A stretch of DNA of 64,000 nucleotides from Candidatus Eiseniibacteriota bacterium (GCA_041483195.1 JBGPFC010000020.1:1-64000); one strand, 5' to 3'. Shown: positions 49,008 through 59,763, counted from the stretch's first letter. A program made the numbers and translations. The notes: generated by a model from the letters alone, not told the origin.

Positions 49008-50308
49008 CAGTCGCGCTCCACGACGAACGCCGCGCCCTGGCCGCCGCCCACGCACAGCGAGGCCATGCCGCGCTTCGCGCCGCGCCGCCTCAGCTCCATG
49101 AGCAGCGTGAGGATGAGCCGCGCGCCGCTCGCCCCCACCGGATGCCCGAGCGCGATCGCGCCGCCGTTCACGTTGAGGCGGTCGAGCGGGATGTCGCCCA
49201 GCGCGTGATCGAGCCCCAGCTCGTCGCGCGCGAACGTCTCGGAGCGCGCGGCCTCGAGGCAGGCCAGTACCTGCGCCGCGAACGCCTCGTTGATCTCGAT
49301 CAGCTCCATGTCGGCGAGCGTCAGCCCCGCCTTCTTGAGCGCGAGCGACATCGCGAACACCGGCCCGAGCCCCATGCGGCGCGGCGAGAGCCCGGCGAAC
49401 GCGAACGCTCGAACCCGGCCGAGCGGAGGCGTCGGCCACGCGCGCGCCGTCGCATCGTCGGCGAGCAGCAGCGCCACCGCGCCGTCGGTCACCTGGCAGG
49501 AGTTGCCGACGGTGACCGTGCCGTTCCTGCGATCGAAGTAGGGCTTGAGCTTCGCGAGCGCCTCGATCGTCTGCCCATCGCGCGGGCCCACGTCGTCCGG
49601 CACCATCTCGTGCTTCGGCGGGGGAAACATCGGCGCGATCTCCTCGCGCAGGCGCGGGCGGGCGGCGATCGCCTTCTGGTGGCTGTCGAGCGCGTACGCG
49701 TCCTGGCGCTCGCGCGGAATGCGGAACTCGCGGCTCAGCACCTCGGCGGTCTGCCCCATGTTGAGCCCGCACACCAGGTCGGTGAGGCCCTCGGCGATCG
49801 CGATCCGCGGCGTCAGCATGCTCGGGCGGAAACGCGCGAAGGCGCCGAGCTTCTGGAGCGGGGTCTTCGCGCGCATCAGGCCTTCCAGCCACTCGGAGTA
49901 TTCGAAGGAGTAGAGCAGCGGGATCTGGCTCATGGATTCCATGCCGCCCGCCAGCACCAGATGCGCCTCTCCGGCGGCGAGCCGGCACAGCCCATCCGCG
50001 ACCGCCTCCATGCCCGATGCGCAGTTGCGATGCACGGTGGCGGCCGGGACCGACTCCGGGATGCCGGCGCGCAGCGCTGTGATGCGCGCGACGTTCGCGG
50101 CCTCGGCCGGCCCCGCGCAGTTGCCGAACAGCACGTCGTCGAGGCGCGCGGGGTCGAGATCCTCACGCGCCAGCAGCTCGGCGATCGCGACGCGCCCCAG
50201 CTCGTAGCTCGGCGCGCGGCGGAACGGCCCGCCCGCCTTGGCGAACGGCGTGCGCACGCCGCTCACGATCCAGCCCGTTGCCCCACCCATCCCGGATCCT
50301 CCGTTCAT
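49007..50308 (-). CDS. fadI: Acetyl-CoA C-acyltransferase (thiolase)
   Basis: RTPF, NCASG, GGMESMS, NEAFA, GAIALGHPVGASG, LCVGGGQG; coupled to both neighbours. Confidence 0.92.
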   Translation of the reverse strand: MNGGSGMGGATGWIVSGVRTPFAKAGGPFRRAPSYELGRVAIAELLAREDLDPARLDDVLFGNCAGPAEAANVARITALRAGIPESVPAATVHRNCASGMEAVADGLCRLAAGEAHLVLAGGMESMSQIPLLYSFEYSEWLEGLMRAKTPLQKLGAFARFRPSMLTPRIAIAEGLTDLVCGLNMGQTAEVLSREFRIPRERQDAYALDSHQKAIAARPRLREEIAPMFPPPKHEMVPDDVGPRDGQTIEALAKLKPYFDRRNGTVTVGNSCQVTDGAVALLLADDATARAWPTPPLGRVRAFAFAGLSPRRMGLGPVFAMSLALKKAGLTLADMELIEINEAFAAQVLACLEAARSETFARDELGLDHALGDIPLDRLNVNGGAIALGHPVGASGARLILTLLMELRRRGAKRGMASLCVGGGQGAAFVVERD

Positions 50309-51102
50309 CCCTGCTTCGGAAGCTTGCCCAGCAGCTCGCGCGCTTCCTGCTGATAATGCGGGTCGCGCGGATTGCTGGTCGGCGCGAGCGAAATGGCCTT
50401 TTCCAGCTCGGTACGCGCATCGGCCCAGCGCTTCAATCCCATGTAGGTGCGCCCCAGCTCGAGGTGGTGGTTCACGTAGAGCGGCTCGAGCTCGATCGCT
50501 CGCTTCAGGTCGTTCACCGCGTTGTCCATCGATGCGCCCTTCGGCACGCCGCCCAGCACCGTGTTGGCCGCCATGCGCTCGAACGCGTTCAGGCTCGCGA
50601 CCTTCCGGTTCCACAGCGCGCGCACGTGATAGGCGCGGCCGATGTTGGGATCGATCACGATCGCGCGGTCCACCTCGGACTTGATCTCGCGCGAGAGCGC
50701 CAGCCGGGTCTTGGGCCCCTCCTTGAGCGCCTGGCGCCCGAGCGCGGCCGCGAGCCACGCGTGGCCGAGCGCGCTGTCGGGGGCGGCCTTGACCGCGGCA
50801 CGCGCGTGCATCACCGCGGACGAGATCAGGCGGCGCTGCTCCTCCCCGCTCGCGTCCTCGCCCAGCTCCGACTCGACGTGCGCGAGCCGCCACTGCGCGC
50901 CGAAGCTCGTGGAGTCGGATCGCACCGCGCCCGAATAGGCCCCGCGCGCCGCGATCAGATCGCCGCGCGCGTAGGCGGCGTCGCCGGAGGCGATGAGGTC
51001 GGCCGCGGTGGCCGCGTGCGCGGGGTGCGCCGGGCCCACGAGAACCGCGAAGAACGCGACGACCAGGGCCGATGCCGCCGAGCGTCCGCGTGAGGGATTC
51101 AT
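50305..51102 (-). CDS. Exported TPR-like protein (RMD/RMDN-like repeat pattern)
   Basis: Signal peptide ending AHA-A; QWRLA, GHAWLAAALG, AIELEP..VNHHLELGRTY helical repeats. Confidence 0.72.
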   Translation of the reverse strand: MNPSRGRSAASALVVAFFAVLVGPAHPAHAATAADLIASGDAAYARGDLIAARGAYSGAVRSDSTSFGAQWRLAHVESELGEDASGEEQRRLISSAVMHARAAVKAAPDSALGHAWLAAALGRQALKEGPKTRLALSREIKSEVDRAIVIDPNIGRAYHVRALWNRKVASLNAFERMAANTVLGGVPKGASMDNAVNDLKRAIELEPLYVNHHLELGRTYMGLKRWADARTELEKAISLAPTSNPRDPHYQQEARELLGKLPKQG

Positions 51103-51281
51103 GCGTCCATGCCTCCTCCGCGGCGCGGTGCGCGCCTGCGGACCGGCCGACTCTGTCGCAGCCGCGCGGGGCTTGTCAACGCGAGCCCCCTTTTTGCGCT
51201 TGTGGCGCGGTCGCGCCGGATGCTAAGCCTTCCCACTGGTACGCCCACCCCGCGGTGCCCGCGCGCCGCACGGAGAACCGC

Positions 51282-53090
<1,809 letters not shown>

Positions 53091-53142
53091 GACCGGGCAG
53101 GACCAGGAACGCGTCTCGACCAACTTTCAGGAGACTCCGCAG

Positions 53143-54438
53143 ATGAAATGTGCACGATACCTGGCGGCCCTCGTCGTGGCGGGCTGGGCGATGCTGCCCG
53201 CTCCCGCGCACGCCGCGGCGTACGGCATCTACGAGCAGGGCGCCGCCGTGCTCGGGATGGGCGGCGCCGGGACCGCATCGGTCCACGACCCCTCGGCGCT
53301 GTTCTTCAACCCGGCCGCGATGACGCGTCTCACGGGCACGCAGGTCCAGGGGGGCGGCTCGCTGCTCATGCCGTTCACCAGCTTCGCCGGCATCTCGCCC
53401 TATCCCGGCTACGGGACCACCGAGGAGATGGAGGCGCAGAAGTTTCCGCTGCCGACCTTCTACCTGACGCACCACTACGGTGAGAAGTCCGCGCTCGGGA
53501 TCGGGGTCAACTCGCCGTTCGGGCTCGGCGTGGACTGGAAGAACCCGGACACGTTCAGCGGGCGCTACATCGTGACCAAGGCCGATCTGCGGGTGATCAA
53601 CGCTTCGGCGTCAGCGGCCTACCTCGTGAACCCGAAGCTGAGCATCGCGTTCGGCGGCAACCTCACGTGGGCCAAGGTCGCGCTCCACAATCGGAGCTTC
53701 ACCCCCGCGCCCGGCGGCGGCGGCGGGCAGTTCGAGGTCGCGAAGGTCGATCTCGAGTCGGACTACACGCCCGGCTACGGCTGGAACCTCGCGCTCTCGC
53801 TGGTGCCCAACAAGAGCTGGACCTTCGGCGCCACCTATCGCAGCAAGGTGCTGGTGTTCGCGCACGGCAACGCGGACTTCACGCAGATCCAGACCGTCAA
53901 CGCCACGGTGAACGCCGCGGTCGCCGCGCAGCTCCCGCCCGATCAGCCGGTGAACACCGTGCTGCGCTTCCCCGCGACCTGGTCGGGAGGCGTCGCGTGG
54001 CACTGGGGCGAGAGCTGGACGGTCGAGGGCGACGTCAACTACACGGAGTGGTCGCTCTTCGAAGACCTGCCCATCTACTTCGAGAAGACGCCGGCCTCGA
54101 ACGAGCGCATCGTCGAGGAATACGACAACACCCTGCGCGGGACCTTCGGCGTCGAGCACCGCCTGCCGGCGTTCACCTATCGATTCGGCTACTACTACGA
54201 GCAGGCCGCGGCGCCCACCGAGTCGGTGAGCCCGATCCTTCCCGACACCGGCCGCAACGGCGGCACGCTCGGCCTGGGGATGGGATTCGGCAAGGACAAG
54301 CGCCTCACGATCGATCTCTACGAGCTCGCGCTTTTCGCGCAGCATCGGTGGACCGAGGACGTGAACCGCGACAACTTCAACGGCCACTACCGCACCTACA
54401 TCAACTCGAGCGGCCTGACGGTCGCCTACCGCTGGTAG
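53143..54438 (+). CDS. FadL/OmpP1 family outer-membrane long-chain fatty-acid transporter
   Basis: Signal peptide, LFFNPAAM hatch motif, PFGL, alternating beta-strands, PILPD, aromatic C-terminus (YRW). Confidence 0.88.
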   Translation: MKCARYLAALVVAGWAMLPAPAHAAAYGIYEQGAAVLGMGGAGTASVHDPSALFFNPAAMTRLTGTQVQGGGSLLMPFTSFAGISPYPGYGTTEEMEAQKFPLPTFYLTHHYGEKSALGIGVNSPFGLGVDWKNPDTFSGRYIVTKADLRVINASASAAYLVNPKLSIAFGGNLTWAKVALHNRSFTPAPGGGGGQFEVAKVDLESDYTPGYGWNLALSLVPNKSWTFGATYRSKVLVFAHGNADFTQIQTVNATVNAAVAAQLPPDQPVNTVLRFPATWSGGVAWHWGESWTVEGDVNYTEWSLFEDLPIYFEKTPASNERIVEEYDNTLRGTFGVEHRLPAFTYRFGYYYEQAAAPTESVSPILPDTGRNGGTLGLGMGFGKDKRLTIDLYELALFAQHRWTEDVNRDNFNGHYRTYINSSGLTVAYRW

Positions 54439-54455
54439 CGAGGAGAACGAACCCC

Positions 54456-55838
54456 ATGAAGCGCATGCATCGAGTCATCGGGATTCTGCTCGCGGCCGCG
54501 GCATTCGCGGGCTGCAGCAAGATCAAGCCCATCACCGCGCCGAAGGCCGTGAGCGGCCGCGCGAGCTTCAGCGTGGTCGCCGCGCTGGGCGCGAACCTCA
54601 CGGCCGGCTTCCAGTCCGGCGGCCTCGTTGATCGCCACCAGACCCGCAGCTACGTCTCGCTGTTCGCGCAGCAGGTGGGCGCGCGCCCGCTCGACGTGCC
54701 GACCATCAACGGCGACGGGATTCCGCCGCTGCTTCGCATCCGCCGGCTGCTGCCCCCGCCCACCATCATCGATTCGATCGGGCGCAACTTCGGAGCGCCG
54801 ACCAACTTCGCGATCCCGACCGCCTACCACAACATGGCGGTCCCGGGCGCGCTGGTGAGCGACGTGAACGACACCAGCACCTACTACGCGGCGGCGCGCG
54901 CCAATCCGTACTTCGGCCTGATCGCGCGCGGGCAGGGCTCGCTCGGGCTGCAGGTCACCACCCACCTGAACCCGCCCGCCACGTTCATCGCCTTCCAGTT
55001 CGGACAGATCGAGGTGCTGGGCCCCGCGACCAAGGGGCTGGGAACGCCGCTGCTCACGGGGGTGCAGTTCGCGGCGCTGCTGAAGGCCGCGCTCGACACG
55101 ATCGCCGTGCGCGCTCCGGCGGCGAAGGTCGCCGTGTTCAACGTCCCGGACATCACGCTCTACCCGTTCTTCACGACGCTGCCGCCCACGCTGCTGGATG
55201 CGACCGGCAACATCCTGCGCGACGCGAACGGCAACCCGCGCTTCGTGCTCGGGCCCAACAACGTGCGGCTCACCGCGAACGATTACATTCTGCTCAGGGC
55301 CAGCACGCTGCTCGCCTCGGGCTACGGGTACCCGCTCGGCACGTATTCGTTTCTCTCGGGAGCGCCGGTCCCGGGCAACGGCATCGGGCTCGCCGACTCG
55401 ATGGTGCTCTCATCGAGCGAGGCGCTGGGGCTCGCGGCCGAGATCCGCAGGTACAACACCATCATCGACACCACGACGCTGCGTCACGACTACGTGCGGG
55501 TGGACATCGACGGCCTGTTCCGCACCGCCGCGACCACCGGCTTCAACTGGCACGGCACGACGTACACCAGCAAGTTCGTGACCGGCGGGCTCTTCAGCCT
55601 CGACGGCGTGAGCCCGAACGACATCATGCACGCGTTCATCTGCAACCGGCTGATCGAGGCCGTGAACATGAGGTACGGCTCGACCATCCCGTTCCTCGAC
55701 CCGACCCAGTACGGCACCCTCACCTCGTCGCGCGGCGGAGCGCCGCGTCGTGAAGAGGCGGGTCTGCCGCCGCTGGTGCTGAGCAGCGGGATGATGCTGC
55801 GCGACGCGTTCCCGTGGCGGGACCCGGCATCGCCCTAG
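54456..55838 (+). CDS. SGNH/GDSL-fold lipoprotein with degenerate catalytic motifs
   Basis: Lipobox FAGC; ALGANLTAG, NMAVPGA, FGQIEVL, NVPDIT, FSLDGVSPN line up with SGNH blocks I, II, III and V. Confidence 0.78.
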   Translation: MKRMHRVIGILLAAAAFAGCSKIKPITAPKAVSGRASFSVVAALGANLTAGFQSGGLVDRHQTRSYVSLFAQQVGARPLDVPTINGDGIPPLLRIRRLLPPPTIIDSIGRNFGAPTNFAIPTAYHNMAVPGALVSDVNDTSTYYAAARANPYFGLIARGQGSLGLQVTTHLNPPATFIAFQFGQIEVLGPATKGLGTPLLTGVQFAALLKAALDTIAVRAPAAKVAVFNVPDITLYPFFTTLPPTLLDATGNILRDANGNPRFVLGPNNVRLTANDYILLRASTLLASGYGYPLGTYSFLSGAPVPGNGIGLADSMVLSSSEALGLAAEIRRYNTIIDTTTLRHDYVRVDIDGLFRTAATTGFNWHGTTYTSKFVTGGLFSLDGVSPNDIMHAFICNRLIEAVNMRYGSTIPFLDPTQYGTLTSSRGGAPRREEAGLPPLVLSSGMMLRDAFPWRDPASP

Positions 55839-55861
55839 CGGCACGGGCGATCCCGATGGCG

Positions 55862-55901
55862 GCGAGAAGGGGCGGAGCCTCGAGGCTCCGCCCCTTCTCG
55901 C
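55862..55901. terminator. Perfect 40-bp palindrome between convergent genes (likely bidirectional terminator)
   Basis: gcgagaaggggcggagcctc|gaggctccgccccttctcgc; no long U-tract. Confidence 0.7.
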
Positions 55902-55922
55902 GTGACTGCGTTACGGCCGAGG

Positions 55923-57572
55923 TTACGCCGGCGCTCCCAGCCGCTCCCACAACTCCTCGCGCACCAGGAACGGCTGCGCCGATCCGCTCGCGAGCAGCGC
56001 GGCGTGGAAGTCGTACAGGTTGAAGCGCGAGCCGAGGCGGCGCTCGGCCTCGCGGCGCAGCTCGACCAGCAGCATCTTGCCGACCAGATAGCTCATGGGC
56101 TGGGTGGGCGTCGCCGTGTAGCGCTTGACCTCGGCCTCGGCGTTCACGCGCTCGATCATCGCCTGCTCGATCTGGTACTCCACCGCCTGCGCGATGGTCA
56201 TGCGCCCGGTGTGGAGCCCGACGTCGATCACCACCCGGCACGCGCGCCACAGCAGATCCTTGAGCTGGAACAGCCGCGCGCGCGGATCGAGGTGGAATCC
56301 CTGCTCCCACATCAGCTCCTCGCAGTAGAGCGCCCAGCCCTCGGCCAGCACGTTGCTGTCGGCGATCCGGCGCAGGCGCGATCCGGTGCGGTTGGCGGTG
56401 CAGAGCTGGAGGTGGTGTCCGGGAAACGCCTCGTGCACCGACGTGAGCGCGATCGAGATGTAGTCGTGACCCTGGAGCTGCTGCCGTTGCTCCTCGCGCC
56501 GGCGCGAGAGATCGATGGGCGTCACGTAGAAGTACCCGGTCTGATCGGCGTCGAACGGCGCGGGCGAGAGATAGGCGGCGTAGGGCGTGGTGGAGCGCTC
56601 GAACACCGGCGTGTCGATGATCTCGAGCGTCGCGTCGGGGATCGGCGCGATGCGCTTCTCGGTCACGAAGCGCCGCGCGCGCTCCATCTCGGCGACGTAG
56701 GCCTCGCGCACCTTGAGCGCCTCGGGGTGGCGCTGCTTGCCCTCCGCGATCTGCTCGCGCCAGCTCTTCGATGGATCGATGCGCTTCGCCTCGCTCTCGA
56801 GCAGCGCGCGCGTGCGCTCGACGTGCTCGCGGCCCCACGCCTCGAGATAGTTGCAGTCCATCGAGAGCAGGTGCTCGCGCTCGAGCTTGTAGTTCATCCA
56901 GCGCTCCCCGATCGCGTAGCTGCCGCCGATGCGGCCCTTGAGATCGCGATCGAGGAACTCCTGGAACTGGAGGAACCCGACCCGCGCGCGCGAGGCCGCG
57001 TGCTCGATGCGCTCGCCCTCGCCCGGGAAGCTGTGCATGAGCGTGCGCGCCATGTCGTCCACGAATCCGGGGCCGCTGCTGTTCACCTCGGAGGCGATCT
57101 CGCGGAACACGGCCGGCACCTGTCCGAGGTTGGCGCGCGCGCGCTCGAGGTACTCGGGAATCGCCATCATGCGCGCGAGGATCGGCTCCTTGCGCTCGAC
57201 CAGCGGCGCGAAGGGCCGCGCCATCAGCAGGAACAGGCCGTGCAGCGCGGTGTCGGGATAGATCGCGGGGTTTCGCGTGTGGCTCCGGATCTCCTCGAGC
57301 TCGGCGCGCGCGGTCGCGATCCGCGAGCGCAGGATCGCGAAATCCACGCGCTGCTCGGTGGGCAGCTCCTCCCACGGCACGGCGGTGACCAGGCGCTGGT
57401 CGAAGTCGCGCAGCCACGCGCTCTCGTCGCGGAAGCCGTCCGGGGTGTGGTTCGGCAGCAGCGAATCGTAGTCGTGGATGCCCTGCAGAGTGGCGGCGAC
57501 CGGGTGGTGGCGCAGGGAGACTTCGACGTACTCCTCGCTCAGCGCGGCGAACGACTTGACGCTGTCGGCCAT
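55923..57572 (-). CDS. DUF885 family putative metallopeptidase (no signal peptide)
   Basis: HEAFPGHH, EGWALYCE, RACRVVIDVGLH, PTQPMSY, FHAALL; GGAG RBS before ATG 57572. Confidence 0.9.
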   Translation of the reverse strand: MADSVKSFAALSEEYVEVSLRHHPVAATLQGIHDYDSLLPNHTPDGFRDESAWLRDFDQRLVTAVPWEELPTEQRVDFAILRSRIATARAELEEIRSHTRNPAIYPDTALHGLFLLMARPFAPLVERKEPILARMMAIPEYLERARANLGQVPAVFREIASEVNSSGPGFVDDMARTLMHSFPGEGERIEHAASRARVGFLQFQEFLDRDLKGRIGGSYAIGERWMNYKLEREHLLSMDCNYLEAWGREHVERTRALLESEAKRIDPSKSWREQIAEGKQRHPEALKVREAYVAEMERARRFVTEKRIAPIPDATLEIIDTPVFERSTTPYAAYLSPAPFDADQTGYFYVTPIDLSRRREEQRQQLQGHDYISIALTSVHEAFPGHHLQLCTANRTGSRLRRIADSNVLAEGWALYCEELMWEQGFHLDPRARLFQLKDLLWRACRVVIDVGLHTGRMTIAQAVEYQIEQAMIERVNAEAEVKRYTATPTQPMSYLVGKMLLVELRREAERRLGSRFNLYDFHAALLASGSAQPFLVREELWERLGAPA

Positions 57573-57700
57573 GGGGCTCCGAGGTTGGCGATCGAGGGCC
57601 CCCGCGCGCTGCTCCCGCGGAGGCCGTTCAGGGTTCAGGGCCGGTGCGATGCTATCCGATTCGCACCACGTTCGCAGCCTGCTTGCCCTTGGGGCCGGGC
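57456..57700. repeat. 245-bp direct repeat, copy 1 (csp 3' end + intergenic + DUF885 5' end)
   Basis: Matches 58609-58853 at offset 1153 with four substitutions (57489, 57568, 57596, 57614). Confidence 0.95.
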
Positions 57701-57744
57701 GATGGAAGTCTCGCCATGCGGGGCTCGCATGAGTGGCAAGGGCG

Positions 57745-58587
57745 TCACAGCTGAACAACCGCATCGCGCTTCTCGATGCGCCAAACCATGCGAATCGACG
57801 GTAACAAGTGATCGGCGGTGCTGCCGAACCGCCGCAGAATCGCGTGAACCGGGGCGACCGCCAGGAGTATCAGCCGCTTGAGTGCGACCTGCGTTCCGCC
57901 GAGCGTTCGATACGCCTCGCCCCACTCGCGCGCAAAGTAGAGCTGCGTCGCACGCTCGAGACGCGTCACCTGCGGAGCGCGCCGAAGCAGCTGCTCGTAG
58001 CCGCCGAGGCTCAGGTATTGCGATGGCTCGTAGCGCTTGCCGCGGATCTTCGCCGTAAGCCACATCCGACCTGCGCGCGGCAGCACCCAGTGGGCAAGCG
58101 GAACGCGGTTGTCGTGGTAGTCCACCGGGAACCACTGGTTGGGCGTCTCGACCAGCAGATGGCCTGCCGGACGCAGCACGCGCACGGACTCGTCGAGCAC
58201 GCGCTGTTTGGCGTCGCGGCCGAAGAGGTGTTCTAGTACCTGCCAGAGGACAACGAGGTCGAATGCTCCGTCTCGGAACGGGAGCCGGTAGTGCTCCTGC
58301 TGGGCGAGCGCGACGCGGCTTCGATGCTCGGATGGGAGGGTGGGGAGCCGCTCGCGCGCGGCACGCTTGAGTTCTTCGCGCGACACGTCGCACCCGACGA
58401 CCAATTTCGCGGACGTCTGCGCAAGCGCGATCAGATTACGCCCGTAGCCGCACCCGACCTCGAGCACGCGCCCCCCCCCAATAAATCGCTGAGCCACCGG
58501 TGCCAACTCCTCGAGTGCGAATGCATCGCCTTCGGCGCCGTGATAACGCTCGTTGAGCCGACGGAACCAGCGCGACAGGAAGAGCAC
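57745..58587 (-). CDS. Class I SAM-dependent methyltransferase (inserted cargo gene)
   Basis: VLEVGCGYG, GCDVS, LPFRDGAFDLV, VLEH, RVLRPAG, TPN; codon usage looser than neighbours. Confidence 0.88.
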   Translation of the reverse strand: MLFLSRWFRRLNERYHGAEGDAFALEELAPVAQRFIGGGRVLEVGCGYGRNLIALAQTSAKLVVGCDVSREELKRAARERLPTLPSEHRSRVALAQQEHYRLPFRDGAFDLVVLWQVLEHLFGRDAKQRVLDESVRVLRPAGHLLVETPNQWFPVDYHDNRVPLAHWVLPRAGRMWLTAKIRGKRYEPSQYLSLGGYEQLLRRAPQVTRLERATQLYFAREWGEAYRTLGGTQVALKRLILLAVAPVHAILRRFGSTADHLLPSIRMVWRIEKRDAVVQL

Positions 58588-58596
58588 CGGCTCGCT

Positions 58597-58725
58597 CTAA
58601 CTCCGGACCAGCAGCGAATCGTAGTCGTGGATGCCCTGCAGCGTGGCGGCGACCGGGTGGTGGCGCAGGGAGACTTCGACGTACTCCTCGCTCAGCGCGG
58701 CGAACGACTTGACGCTGTCGACCAT
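58597..58725 (-). pseudogene. Truncated duplicate of the DUF885 N-terminus (42 aa)
   Basis: MVDSVKSFAALSEEYVEVSLRHHPVAATLQGIHDYDSLL then VRS-stop; near-identical to the start of 55923-57572. Confidence 0.85.
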
Positions 58726-58853
58726 GGGGCTCCGAGGTTGGCGATCGAAGGCCCCCGCGCGCTGCTGCCGCGGAGGCCGTTCAGGGTTCAGGGCCGGTGC
58801 GATGCTATCCGATTCGCACCACGTTCGCAGCCTGCTTGCCCTTGGGGCCGGGC
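58609..58853. repeat. 245-bp direct repeat, copy 2
   Basis: Matches 57456-57700. Confidence 0.95.
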
Positions 58854-59443
58854 ACGATGTCGAACTCCACGCGCTCGCCCTCTCGCAGCACCTTGAACCC
58901 ATCGGCCTGGATCGCGGAGAAGTGAACGAATATGTCCTCGCCGCCCTCGTCCTGGATGAAGCCGAACCCCTTCGCCTCGTTGAACCACTTGACCGAGCCC
59001 TGGGTGCGGCCGGTCGAGCCGCCATTGTCATCGGTCGATGTCCGGGGAGCCGCGCCGCGCGGGCGCGGGCCCTCGCGCGCCGGCGCTCCGCCGCGCGCTG
59101 GCGCACCCGAGCGCGCGGGCTTGCGCGACTGGAAGCAGTTGCGACAGTAGATGGGCTTGCCGGTGGTGGGCGGGAACGGCACCTCGGTCTGCGCGCCGCA
59201 CTCCGAGCACACCGCGGGATACATGGTGCGCTCGCGACCCGCGCCCCCGGGACGACCGCCGCCCGCGTGGCGCGCATCGCCCGCCGCGCCCCGCTGACCC
59301 TTGCGACTCTCGCGGCAGCGCTTGCACCGGGTCGGCGCGTTCGTCAGGCCGTGCGTCCGGTAGAATTCCTGCTCTCCGACCGTGAATAGAAATTCCTCTC
59401 CGCAATCGACGCACTTGATCCGCTGATCTTCGCCGTTATCCAT
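58805..59443 (-). CDS. Cold-shock domain protein with two N-terminal zinc-ribbon domains
   Basis: [24 protein letters not shown]-x17-CRNC; C-terminal [24 protein letters not shown]. Confidence 0.9.
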   Translation of the reverse strand: MDNGEDQRIKCVDCGEEFLFTVGEQEFYRTHGLTNAPTRCKRCRESRKGQRGAAGDARHAGGGRPGGAGRERTMYPAVCSECGAQTEVPFPPTTGKPIYCRNCFQSRKPARSGAPARGGAPAREGPRPRGAAPRTSTDDNGGSTGRTQGSVKWFNEAKGFGFIQDEGGEDIFVHFSAIQADGFKVLREGERVEFDIVPGPKGKQAANVVRIG

Positions 59444-59498
59444 GGGACGATACCGGGCCTTCCGGGGGGCGGGAACGGGAGCCGTGGGCGTGATACAG

Positions 59499-59529
59499 AA
59501 AAGCCCCAGCAGCGCTACGCTGCCGGGGC
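59499..59529 (-). terminator. Intrinsic terminator upstream of the csp gene
   Basis: Minus strand GCCCCGGCAGCG-TAG-CGCTGCTGGGGC-TTTTCTGT. Confidence 0.8.
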
Positions 59530-59642
59530 GACATCGACGTCGAGACGGTCGAGCCGGGAAGACGAAGGGTGGGGGCTGAACTGAAACCAATATACACGGA
59601 CGCACCACGCTCGATCGGACACACGATGACACACGTACGTCG
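59499..59642 (-). ncRNA. Candidate ~145-nt small RNA or attenuator leader with Y-RNA-like fold
   Basis: Bounded by a near-consensus promoter and an intrinsic terminator; 5'/3' long-range stem with a bulged C; pyrimidine-rich loop; no credible ORF. Confidence 0.55.
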
Positions 59643-59648
59643 GGAAAA

Positions 59649-59678
59649 AGTATAGGGGGGCGCGGAGAGGAGTGTCAA
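59649..59678 (-). promoter_or_regulatory. Near-consensus sigma70 promoter TTGACA-N18-TATACT
   Basis: tgtcaa at 59673-59678 and agtata at 59649-59654 on the + strand. Confidence 0.8.
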
Positions 59679-59763
59679 TGACCGAGCGGGGCGGGGGCCG
59701 GCAGCGGTTTCGACCGCTGGTGGAGCATCCGAAACGATGCGAGGCCGCGCCACGCGGCCGGTT

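Noticed and set aside
55862..55901. MITE or REP element
   Set aside because: Single copy in the window, placed between convergent stops; a terminator is the simpler reading.
57456..58853. Composite transposon or IS pair
   Set aside because: The repeats are host gene fragments with no transposase or terminal inverted repeats.
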